62,076 nt of DNA from Cladosporium halotolerans (lineage: Eukaryota): contig NW_027191480.1 of NCBI RefSeq assembly GCF_011745625.1, forward strand, positions 248,001-310,076, written 5' to 3'. Made by a program: the position numbers and the translations under genes. The notes beneath the pieces were generated by a model. It searched no databases. It worked only from the letters and a program-made list of their open reading frames with translations, and was not told where the DNA came from. Numbering within the stretch: position 1 is the stretch's first letter; each line of letters starts with the position of its first letter. This document shows, one piece after another, positions 43,461 to 52,756 of the stretch.

Positions 43461-45887
43461 TCATCTTCTCCTCCGTCTGAATTTGAGCGCATCCTCGTCG
43501 TCATCATCAACCACCACCGGCTCGCGAGAAGCTGCAGGCCGGCTGGACTTAGTTCTTTTCGGTGCTGGACCGTCCTGCGTCGGCGCTGCCCTCTTACCAG
43601 CCGCGCGTCTTTGGCTCTCAGTGCCCATCGTCTGACTTGGGGTCGCGGCGAAGGCTGCTTGGATGTTTGAATTCCTCGATCGATCATCGTCGTCCAAGCC
43701 GGCGACCATCTCGTTGTTTTCTTCGTCTTCGCGATACGAATTCTGGATGCGTCTACGGAAACGCATCGGATCATCGTCACCGTTTTCTTGAGCGATCTGC
43801 GTTTGCGGCTGCGACTGTGATTGCGATTTGGACTTTCCAGTGCCCCTCATGGAGCCGCTGTTGGAATCGAGCCAGTACTCTTCGCCGATACCGTGGCCTT
43901 TCCGAGGTACTTCCTCTAGCGCCACAATTACGCGAGGGAGCCGTGGTCCGTCGTTGTTCTGGCCTTTGTGCCGGAACCGCTTGAAACTTTTGCGGCCGTT
44001 CCAGGCCGGGTCCCAGCGATCGGTTGGGCCGGCAGACTCACGTTGAGAGTGGCGAGGCGGCGGCTCTCGCTGGGAAATCTCGTAGGACTCGACTTTTGCG
44101 CGTACGTCAGATATGTCGACATCTTTGAGCGCCTCGCGCAGGTTCTCCTCGTTTTTTCGTTGCTCTTCAACTTCGCGCTCGCGTTTGGCTTCTAGCTCCG
44201 CACGAACATCGATTTGCTTCTTCTTGCCTGTCTTCTTGACTGGGAGTGCAGGACGATCGGGCTCTGGTGTTGCGTTGCTGGAACTGCCTCCGCTACCGTC
44301 TTTCTGCAATCGGCGCCTTTTCATCGCGGCAGCGCCTGGCAAGAGTTCGTCCATCATCGCTCTCTCCCTTTCAGCAGCGTCATGGATATCAGAAGGAGCT
44401 CGGCGCTTGCGTCCAGCCTGCAGCGAAGGCTCAGGCTGAGGAGGCTCGTCAACTTGCATAGCTTGATCATTCTCCGGGGCTTGACTAGGCTCGGGCGATT
44501 CAGACTCTGGGCGTGTGAACTGGCTGGGATCGACTTCTTCGAAGCCCTTGAAGCGGGACTTCGTAACTGTACGCCTCATCTTCTTCCGGGTGACGGGCTC
44601 TACAGCCTCGATAGGGCCTTCTCCAGACTGAGAAATTTGTTGGCTTTCGGAGAGTTCTGGTGTTATGTTTTCGATGGAAGACTGCACAGCTGGGTCCTGT
44701 GCCTGACCGCGTGGTGAAGCGTGTTTTGATGTGCGTCTAGGCGGAGCGCTAGCTTGGTTCTGACTTTCAGGCTTGAGCCGCTGTCGTAACTCACTTGCGT
44801 CGACGGACAAGACCGCGTCCAGGAACTGATTCTGCTCCAGCGAGCGCTGTTCAAGTGCCAGTTCAACAGAAGTCAAGAATGCCGCGGTTTTCTCTTCCTT
44901 GTCGGACGGTCGCACCACGACAACACCGCCTTTGCCGGGTTGTCTACCGAGACTTGAGTGACCTTTGGTCTTTGTTCCTGACACCTCTTCCACATAATGA
45001 ACCAGGTCATCGGCTTGGCTTATCTCGATTTCGCCGCCCCAAACCAGCGCCTTGCCGCCACCTGAAGTGACTACAGGCATGAGCGATTCGTACTGTTGCT
45101 GAGAGAGGAAGATGAATGTGAAGTGTGCAAACAGCTCAGCTCTTTCTGCATTTGGCTTGAGGTACTCATTAGGCCTCGGATTCGCCTCCGTGCCAGCAGC
45201 AATGATGTGATCCTCCTCTCTTGGCCATTTTGCTTCAAAGCTTTGCTCGAGCGGACAGGGTTGCTCGTTTCCATTCTGATCTGACCCAGGCCTTGCCGTG
45301 GCCGTAGCCAGAGCTGTGACGAAGCTTTCAGCAAGCAACCATCGTCCTTGCAGCAGAGCTTGCAAGCCTGCCGCAGTGTTCCTTTTCTTGCCAATGACAT
45401 GCGTCGTCTGGTTTGTAATGTACTCGGTCACGAGCTTGATATCCGCCTGTTCTAGCTTCCCCCTCTGTGATTCAAGCGGATCGCTTCTAGCTCTTGCCGA
45501 CTTGGACAGGTTGGTGAAAGTGAGCACTACCGGCTGCCACTTCAGGTGGAACTCGTGCTCGTAGTTCCCTAGCTTAATTGTGTATTCGGTCTTGTCGAGG
45601 GTCCTCGTTGTCTGGCTGATCTTCTCTCCGTTGATGTATGTGCCGATTTTGGAGCCATCGGTAAGCTTGATTTGAGATCGCGTGTGTAATCGAGAGCTGG
45701 CGCCTGTCTCAACAGGGCTGACATGTATGATCGCGTGCTTACGCGACACAGATTTGTGGTTGATGTAGCGCACCACTTCGCCGCCCTCAGCGCGACCTGA
45801 TGTTCTGCCGAGCAGGTGTCCGGAGCCGGGTCGGAGCCAGATAGGTTTGTGGCCCAGGAGATCGCCGTCGCATGTCAAAAGCCACAT
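43461..45887 (-). CDS. NBS1: Nibrin/Nbs1 (Xrs2/ScaA/RcaA family) DNA damage protein
   Basis: N-terminal MW start with FHA domain (LLGRT, KSVSRKHA, GSKIGTYING), tandem BRCT-like region, Mre11-binding motif WNGRKSFKRF, and acidic/basic C-terminus. Confidence 0.92.
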   Translation of the reverse strand: MWLLTCDGDLLGHKPIWLRPGSGHLLGRTSGRAEGGEVVRYINHKSVSRKHAIIHVSPVETGASSRLHTRSQIKLTDGSKIGTYINGEKISQTTRTLDKTEYTIKLGNYEHEFHLKWQPVVLTFTNLSKSARARSDPLESQRGKLEQADIKLVTEYITNQTTHVIGKKRNTAAGLQALLQGRWLLAESFVTALATATARPGSDQNGNEQPCPLEQSFEAKWPREEDHIIAAGTEANPRPNEYLKPNAERAELFAHFTFIFLSQQQYESLMPVVTSGGGKALVWGGEIEISQADDLVHYVEEVSGTKTKGHSSLGRQPGKGGVVVVRPSDKEEKTAAFLTSVELALEQRSLEQNQFLDAVLSVDASELRQRLKPESQNQASAPPRRTSKHASPRGQAQDPAVQSSIENITPELSESQQISQSGEGPIEAVEPVTRKKMRRTVTKSRFKGFEEVDPSQFTRPESESPEPSQAPENDQAMQVDEPPQPEPSLQAGRKRRAPSDIHDAAERERAMMDELLPGAAAMKRRRLQKDGSGGSSSNATPEPDRPALPVKKTGKKKQIDVRAELEAKREREVEEQRKNEENLREALKDVDISDVRAKVESYEISQREPPPRHSQRESAGPTDRWDPAWNGRKSFKRFRHKGQNNDGPRLPRVIVALEEVPRKGHGIGEEYWLDSNSGSMRGTGKSKSQSQSQPQTQIAQENGDDDPMRFRRRIQNSYREDEENNEMVAGLDDDDRSRNSNIQAAFAATPSQTMGTESQRRAAGKRAAPTQDGPAPKRTKSSRPAASREPVVVDDDDEDALKFRRRRR

Positions 45888-45966
45888 GGTTGAATCGCGC
45901 TTTTGCACATCACAGCGCTCGCTCCAGGCGAAGCTAGAAGTCCTTTGTCTAATTAGTGGGCCGTGA

Positions 45967-46030
45967 TCGCGTTCCGAGATGTCGCTTCACAAGGCAGCAT
46001 CGCGCGCTTGACTGCGCGTTATCACGTGAC
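45967..46030 (-). promoter_or_regulatory. MCB-like (ACGCGA, ACGCGC) and GTCACGTGAT E-box elements upstream of NBS1
   Basis: tcgcgt at 45967-45972, gcgcgt at 46014-46019, atcacgtgac at 46021-46030. Confidence 0.4.
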
Positions 46031-46315
46031 CGTCTAACCAACACTCTGCGCATGCTCTCGTAAAATGGATTCGAGACCTGTCCAAATTCAATGGAAAAGA
46101 GATTTGACCGCGTATACCATGGACGTATCTCAGAATTGACCTGCTGCGAAAATTGTACTTGTGCAGGTGCAATGTCATAATTTGGAATAGTCACAGGTAG
46201 GTAGCAGTCTGTTTCCTTATCAAGCCACGAAAGTCTTGCATGTACTGGAATCCAACCGTTTCGTGCTATGCTAAGATCACCGCCTCTCCAGATCTGACTA
46301 TCTCGATGTAGTGCT

Positions 46316-46791
46316 CTACAGCTCGCGGTTCTCCTCCTCGGCCTTCACCCCGGCAATGCTAACAAGCTCAGTCTCGAAGATGAGCACAGAGTTGGCCGGG
46401 ATAGGACCCATTCCCCTGCTGCCGTATCCCCACTCAGGCTGAATAGTCAGCTTCCTCTTCTCGCCAGGGCACATGTCCAGCAGTCCCTGATCCCAGCCCT
46501 TGATGACCTGGCCCTTGCCGACATGGAAAGAGAGAGGCTGGCCGCGGTTGTAGGATGCGTCGAACTCCGAGCCGTCAGCCTCAAGGGTGCCGCGGTAGTG
46601 TACATTGACCTTGTCGCCTGTGAGTTTGTCAGCCTGTTTCTCGTATCGAATTGTTACAACCGCGACTCACCGGCTTTGGTCTTGCGCGAGCACTCAACCG
46701 CCTTGTCGACCTGGATGTCGAGCGGCTTCTCGAGCGCGGAAACGGAGCTGAGGAACAGCGCAGCAGCTGCTGTGAAAGATGAGAAGCGCAT
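46316..46791 (-). CDS. FPR2: ER FKBP-type peptidyl-prolyl isomerase (Fpr2/FKBP13-like), 140 aa. Exons 46791-46671, 46617-46316
   Basis: Signal peptide [23 protein letters not shown] motifs [54 protein letters not shown]-terminal NREL. Intron 46618-46670. The second exon is absent from the ORF track. Confidence 0.95.
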
Positions 46792-47740
46792 GATGTTGGA
46801 TGTGCTTGCGGTGTGTGTGGTCAGCAAGTATCTCCAATGACGCTCTTCAGCCACGAAGAAGCCAGATCGTCAAGCTAACCGCCCGCGGCCACCTTGTCAT
46901 TGATGTGGGGCACTGCGGGGTGTACCTGCAGCCGGCCGTTAGCTCCCGAGGACCCTGTATCTATATCAAAACGACCTGTGGCCATACAGAAATCTTGAAA
47001 GATTACGGAACTCCGATTCCATAGTAGATTTCCAAAGGTTGACGGACGTGGTGCTGTCCAGGATATTCCCGATGGTTCTGATCTTGCGCGCTTTCCCAAC
47101 GGGATTTTGCACTACGTGATGTCGAGTCCTCGTCGTTTGTGAGGTTTGATGGTTTAACAGTAAGCAATGGCATCTCAATGTATGGTCAAGCCAATTCCTT
47201 AAAATAGTAGGATCCTCATCGTCATTCTTCATATCAGATGTGTTTTTCGCGAAGCGCAGACAAGTATATTGAGACAGCCCGGGATGGTCTCGCAAGGTAT
47301 GCACAATCTCGCCTTCAAGCGTGTTTCCTACCTGTTTCCCGGCTATGCCCCCAGGATCTAGCCAAATAGCATTCACTTCTGTCTAGAGTTCACCTCGCAC
47401 ACTTCGATCCGGAGTCACTGCCATGACTCCGGGCGGCCTGAGCGGTGGCGGCGAGCGCCTGCGCGCGGTCACGCGGCTTTCACGTGCAGAGCTGTGCCCC
47501 TTCACTGAACTCACCTCACCGACGTCAGAGCCCCGCGCGCGCACCGCCGCGTTCACAAGGCGAATTCCCTCGCGCATGCATGTGCTTTTCTCACCCACCT
47601 TTCTGAGCCAAGCGACTCTCTGGCACCAAGCGCTGCGACCATCGGTTTTCTCACCACAAGCACAATCTCGCACCGCGCAAGAGCATCTCCGCGCCCTTTT
47701 CCACCGCAGACATCGCCACCAGAAGCTGTCATCGGTCGCG

Positions 47741-48405
47741 ATGGGCTCACCCGGCAGCAAGAAGCACGAGCGCGACGTGCTTTGGGAGGAGGTAAGTCTG
47801 TTCCATGCTCTTCTCAAGGCCTACCAGGCTAACATTACGATTAGCCTCCCTTCAAGAAAGTGCGCGTGAGCTTTCCGTGCCCTTCGGAGCTTGTCACGTG
47901 GCTCGAGGCGCCGGTGAGGGTTGGGAGCACCGGGACCGAGGACAGCGAGGCTGTCCCGGGTGGTGCGACCAGCCGTCGCAAGCGTAAGAGCGAGGACTTG
48001 GAGGAGGAAGAGAAAGAGGAAGAATGGAGACCTCCGCATCGGCAAAGGCTCGATGAAGACGACGACAACGAGAACGGCGAGGCCGCAGGAACCTTCTCTG
48101 AGCCTGGTGACTGCCGACCTGAGCAGAATGCCGATGAAGGCCGCTCAGGTTCGAGCAGTCCCGCTCAGAGGGGCTCCCAAGGCACCGAAAATGGTGCCGT
48201 GGCTGACGAGAACGCCGCCGAGAAGACCGACGCGCCTACGATAGATAGGCAGGATCACAGCGAAGGATCCGACTCCGACAAAGCTACTGTTGGAGGGAAG
48301 TTAGGCATGAGCAAGGCAGGAAAGGATAAATACCTGCGGTACCTGAGATTCCACGAAATTCAAGTCATTCGAAGACAAGCATACATATGCCACTCGCAAT
48401 GGTAG
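47741..48405 (+). CDS. Hypothetical acidic, disordered protein (203 aa). Exons 47741-47791, 47845-48405
   Basis: Consensus intron GTAAGT...GCTAAC...TAG (47792-47844) joins MGSPGSKKHERDVLWEE in frame to PPFKKVRVSF. NLS-like PPFKKVR and RRKRK. Confidence 0.65.
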
Positions 48406-48530
48406 AACTTCAAGTAATAACGCCGATGAGCTACTGCACTCAAGGTCGTGTGCTATGTGTGGAGTGTCGTCAACTGAGGAGCCGAGGTGGCTGGCAGCAA
48501 TGCCGAGGCTCGGCCGACCATGTGCCGTAC

Positions 48531-48581
48531 ATCACGTGTCTCGGCGTTCAGCACGCGTCAACTTCCACCACGTCTACGCGT
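48531..48581 (+). promoter_or_regulatory. Two perfect MCB elements (ACGCGT) and an ATCACGTG E-box upstream of SRS2
   Basis: ACGCGT at 48553-48558 and 48576-48581, atcacgtg at 48531-48538, all within 85 bp of the ATG. Confidence 0.5.
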
Positions 48582-48614
48582 GTGCGGACATCAACGCAGA
48601 TATGCAATGTCGCC

Positions 48615-51572
48615 ATGGGCGACATTCTTTACGGACTCAACAGCGCCCAGCGTACGGCGGTGAGCTCTGAAGCCGAGGTCTTGCAAGTACTTGCACCACC
48701 CGGCTCCGGCAAAACAAAGACTCTCACTTCGCGCGTTGCGCATCTCATTCGCGAGCGATCTTTCAAGCCATGGAACATCATCGTCTGCACCTTTACCGTG
48801 AAAGCGGCGAGGGAGATGCAAGAGCGTATCCGTGCGTTCGTTGGCGAGGAGCTTGAGAAAAAGCTCAGAATCGGCACATTTCACAAAATTGCCTTGATCT
48901 ACCTTCGCCGATATGGCAAGTTGATTGGCATCCCGGACAACTTTGGTGTAGCAGACACCAATGACTCTATGAGAATCATCACTCGCATGGTGAAAGAGCA
49001 CAAATTCAGCCTGGAACCTAAGGTAGCCCGCGACCGGATCTCCCGCAGCAAAGCACAAGGAATCGACTGCGAGCAATTTTTGGCGACATTGCAACAAAAG
49101 AAGTCGAGCGTCGGTCAAAATGCAATTGCAGAGAAGCAGGAGTTTGCAGAGATCTTCAGCATGTATCAAACACAGCTTGATAGATGCAACCTGCTTGACT
49201 TTGACGATATCTTACTTCGCTGCGTGGATCTCTTGCGCCGGAATCCCGAATGTGTCTCCAATATCGAAGCCGTCCTCGTGGATGAGTTCCAAGACACGAA
49301 TGGCGTTCAATACGAACTCATGAGCTTGTTTGCGCAGCAACGAAGCTTCATCACCATCGTTGGTGATCCCGATCAGAGCATTTACGGATGGCGATCAGCC
49401 GATGTCAAAAATCTCGGGCGGATGAAGATACAATGGCGAGACACGTTGACCGTGAATTTGGAGGAGAACTATCGATCTTCGGGAGCCATCTTGAGAGCGG
49501 CTCAAAAGGTCATTGAGCAAGACGAGACTCGACCACCTAAGCAGCTGCAGGCCACTCATTCCATCGGTCAGCGGCCGGTCCTCCGCAAATTACCGACGGC
49601 AAAAGCAGAGGCCGACTGGATCATTGCTGAGATCAAACGCCTAATGGCGCTCAGTGGAGGCTTGCTAAAGCTTACCGACTTTGCCATCTTGTTGCGGACA
49701 GCTTCTTTGTCCCGGAACATCGAGGCCGCCTTCGGCAAGGCCGGAATGGCCTATCGTATGATAGGTGGCAAGAAGTTTTACGACCGAGTTGAGATCAAGC
49801 TGCTGATAGACTACCTGCGTGTCATCGATCAGCCTGCACACAGTGAGGCTGTTGAGCGCATCATCAACGAGCCGTCTCGCAAGATTGGGGACAAGACGAC
49901 TGAGAGTCTCCTCAAAGAAGCACAGGGCACCGGCCAGACGTTGTGGGACCTTGTGCGCAGGATCGCTCAAGGCCATCAGAAATCTTCAACGAAGTTGACC
50001 ACCCCTGCAATGAAAGGCATCGAGCAATTCCATGATGTGATCGCTAGCGGCCGGAAAAGGATCGAGAAAGAGCCGACAGGACTGGCCGACTTGATCAATC
50101 TAATTCTGAACAAGCTTTCATTCCAAAGTTATCTGAAGCAGAAGTATCCGGAGGACCACGAAAGCCGCTGGGCCAACGTTGAAGAGTTAATTGCGCAAGC
50201 GACAGATGCATCAAACCAGCCACCAGAGCAACTGAGCCTTGACGACGAAGGACTACCCTCCGTTGACGGTACGGAGGTGATAGAGCAGTCTCCCCTCACC
50301 AGCTTCCTCGCCAATGTCGCGCTTTCTGCAGCCACCGATCAGAAGCAAGGTGAGGGTGGTGATGAGGTCGCTCAGGCAACTGTCTCTACCCTTCACGCCG
50401 CCAAAGGCCTCGAGTGGCCTGTCGTGTTCATCCCAGCTTGCTACAAAGGCTCCATTCCCCATTCACGAGCCGACGACAACGATGAAGAGCGACGTTTGCT
50501 ATACGTTGGTATGACAAGGGCGCAGGTCATACTGAACATGACTTTCCCTTTGAAAGGCAGCTCGCAAAACGAAGGGGCAGAGCTTTCACCTTTCTTATCG
50601 GAGCATGGCATGAACAATTTCTTTGAAGAACATGGCCCGAGCATTTCTGAGAGAGACGTGCACGCTCTGGCTAATACCCTCGGCCGTGATCAGCCGACAA
50701 TGGAAGCCATTGCTGAAAGCAAAAAGAGTCTTGAGCGAGACGAGGACAATTACTGGCCTGTCAACGGTGAATGGCCTCTTGAAGAACTTGCCAAGTTCAA
50801 CAACGGCCAGGCCGATGACTCAGGACCCGTTTATGGAAATACAAGAGCGGCATCTTGGGTCACTGCCTCCGTGACTATGCAGCAAGAAGGAGTTCAGGGC
50901 GCGACTTCGTTTTCCTCAGGCTTCGTCAGCGTGAAACAGAATTACAGTAAGATTATGGAAGAGCAGGAAGAGAAACGTTTGAAAGCACTAGACAGACGGG
51001 CCGCCGAGCAAGAGAAGGTCTCTCAAGGACAAGCACCAAAGGGCCGAAAGAGGCAAATCGAGGGCCAAGGATCGATTGCCAGCTTCTTCGGCAAGAAGCC
51101 AAGATCTGGTCCGGAGTTGGATAAAAGCTCAACGAGCAATCCATCAACCACTCGACCGCTTCCGCCAGCATCGCTGCCCAGGACATCATCTGCACCGTTG
51201 CGGGACGTCTCCAATATTAACAAACCCTCGGAACTCACTTCTTCCAAGCCTCTTGATTCCCTGCAGCACAGAGTAAGTGCTGCACCGTTGCAGAGACGAC
51301 GGCCGCTTCTCCACTCCTCGTCGGATCCGACAGCGAAGACGGACCACGGCTACGTCTTCCTGTCAAGCTCGCCACCACAGCCGGAGAAAGACGACAAGGA
51401 CGAGGACGAGCCCGCGGAGGCTGGACCTCCAGCATTCACGAAGGCACTTGTTGGCTCTTTCAAGCCTGCTTCAACATTCCATTCCACGACGATGCAAAGT
51501 GCACCAACCCAGCGGAGGACGCTTGGACTAGGCCGAATGAAACCATGGAGCGCCAGGGGTGGGAAGCGATGA
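48615..51572 (+). CDS. SRS2: UvrD/Rep-family SF1 DNA helicase, Srs2-like (985 aa)
   Basis: Q motif LNSAQ, Walker A APPGSGKT, TFTVKAAREM, LVDEFQDTN, VGDPDQSIYGWR, NYRS, STLHAAKGLEW, EERRLLYVGMTRA. C-terminal PIP box QGSIASFF. Confidence 0.93.
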   Translation: MGDILYGLNSAQRTAVSSEAEVLQVLAPPGSGKTKTLTSRVAHLIRERSFKPWNIIVCTFTVKAAREMQERIRAFVGEELEKKLRIGTFHKIALIYLRRYGKLIGIPDNFGVADTNDSMRIITRMVKEHKFSLEPKVARDRISRSKAQGIDCEQFLATLQQKKSSVGQNAIAEKQEFAEIFSMYQTQLDRCNLLDFDDILLRCVDLLRRNPECVSNIEAVLVDEFQDTNGVQYELMSLFAQQRSFITIVGDPDQSIYGWRSADVKNLGRMKIQWRDTLTVNLEENYRSSGAILRAAQKVIEQDETRPPKQLQATHSIGQRPVLRKLPTAKAEADWIIAEIKRLMALSGGLLKLTDFAILLRTASLSRNIEAAFGKAGMAYRMIGGKKFYDRVEIKLLIDYLRVIDQPAHSEAVERIINEPSRKIGDKTTESLLKEAQGTGQTLWDLVRRIAQGHQKSSTKLTTPAMKGIEQFHDVIASGRKRIEKEPTGLADLINLILNKLSFQSYLKQKYPEDHESRWANVEELIAQATDASNQPPEQLSLDDEGLPSVDGTEVIEQSPLTSFLANVALSAATDQKQGEGGDEVAQATVSTLHAAKGLEWPVVFIPACYKGSIPHSRADDNDEERRLLYVGMTRAQVILNMTFPLKGSSQNEGAELSPFLSEHGMNNFFEEHGPSISERDVHALANTLGRDQPTMEAIAESKKSLERDEDNYWPVNGEWPLEELAKFNNGQADDSGPVYGNTRAASWVTASVTMQQEGVQGATSFSSGFVSVKQNYSKIMEEQEEKRLKALDRRAAEQEKVSQGQAPKGRKRQIEGQGSIASFFGKKPRSGPELDKSSTSNPSTTRPLPPASLPRTSSAPLRDVSNINKPSELTSSKPLDSLQHRVSAAPLQRRRPLLHSSSDPTAKTDHGYVFLSSSPPQPEKDDKDEDEPAEAGPPAFTKALVGSFKPASTFHSTTMQSAPTQRRTLGLGRMKPWSARGGKR

Positions 51573-51640
51573 CCTGAGATATTGCCAGCTTCTCATGTAG
51601 CAATCTTATACCATGATCATTATGCATAACCCCCGTCACC

Positions 51641-52469
51641 TCAAGCGACCGCACTGCCAGGTCGCTGACTGCGTGACTGCCGAACAGCTTCCTCTTGCTC
51701 TTTGTCTCCCTCTTCACCAAGCACTTCGTCAAGGCTTCCCAAGCCTCTAGAGAACCGTTCCACGAGAGAGTCCATATCTCCCGACTCTTTCTTACCGGCC
51801 TTGGCCGAGTCTCCCGCCTCTTTCCCAGATACCCTTAGCATCAGTCCCCGGTCCGTCGCTCCATGCCTACTGTCGGCCTTTCCAGGTGCTTGCCAGACTT
51901 CCGTCCGCAATGCCTGCCACTCGGGACTCAAGCTCGAGATCCCCACCACCGTGCGCCCATCGTAGTCCAAATCGATCACGGCTACTCTTTCTTCGGGGCC
52001 TGCGCTTTGTTGCAGCGTGTTCTCGTCTTTGTCGATAGCCGCTAGCGCCGCGTGCGTGAGCACGCCCTGATCCTCATCGTCCGAGAAGACATAGTGTACT
52101 TCCGGATGGTGGTATTCGCCGGTGACGGGGTCTTCCACTAGCGCGAAGAAGGGCTTGAAGTCTGGTGGTGCTGACGGCGGGCTTTCGTTTGCTGCGGCCG
52201 GCTCGTGGGTGCGCGTGTCCCAGGCTGCGAGGCCGGGTGCGAGATCCGATTGTCTGGTTGTGCGCTGACTGCTGGCTGTGGAGCTTTGTTAGAGATTGAC
52301 TTCAGATCATGTCCTACCATTTCTGATAGAGACTCGACCTACCACCGCCGCTCAGCTCTATGGTGTCTTCCGGCGCAGGGTGAACTTGGCTGCGTTGCTC
52401 GACCGGGACGACTATGGACGCACTCTGTCTTGCGTCTCCCCGCGGAGGGTCTCGCGGTGTATAAGACAT
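51641..52469 (-). CDS. Conserved hypothetical protein, candidate Atg31-like (253 aa). Exons 52469-52343, 52275-51641
   Basis: Intron 52276-52342 (GTAGGT..CTAAC..CAG) restores the frame (762 nt). Globular core PDFKPFFALVED..HHPEVHYVFSDDE..VAVIDL..ISSLSPEWQ..LMLRVSG, plus a C-terminal amphipathic helix. Confidence 0.75.
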
Positions 52470-52756
52470 GCTACATGCTTTCGATGTGTTGATCTACAGT
52501 CTTGACGGGCAAGGATGATTGACGTGGGTTACACCGTTGACAGGGTGCGAGGGGCTGAGTCGGCATTTGCCTGCATTCATGCCGACGACTTCGGAAGCGA
52601 TAGCCGATAAGGAAGGTGGTGGCGTGCTATCTTGCGGCCCACCTTTACCCTTCGCGCTATGATTAATCAGATATCATTAATTCTCGCTTGAGACTGATCT
52701 TCCCTTGATGCACATATATTCAGTCATTTCTGTACGGTAGTAAGTGTCGGTGTCGA

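Noticed and set aside
46095..46195. snRNA candidate (short hairpins followed by Sm-like ATAATTTGG)
   Set aside because: No U1/U2/U4/U5 signature sequence; it lies in the NBS1 promoter / FPR2 3' region.
46966..47376. 136-aa minus-strand ORF upstream of FPR2
   Set aside because: Non-ATG start, no codon bias, no motif.
48387..48614. 76-aa N-terminal extension of SRS2 in the ORF track
   Set aside because: Overlaps the upstream gene's stop and the MCB-containing promoter; helicase similarity begins at MGDILYGLN (48615).
52138..52320. Apparent frameshift or separate 60-aa ORF next to 51641-52138
   Set aside because: Explained by intron 52276-52342; the true frame is continuous.
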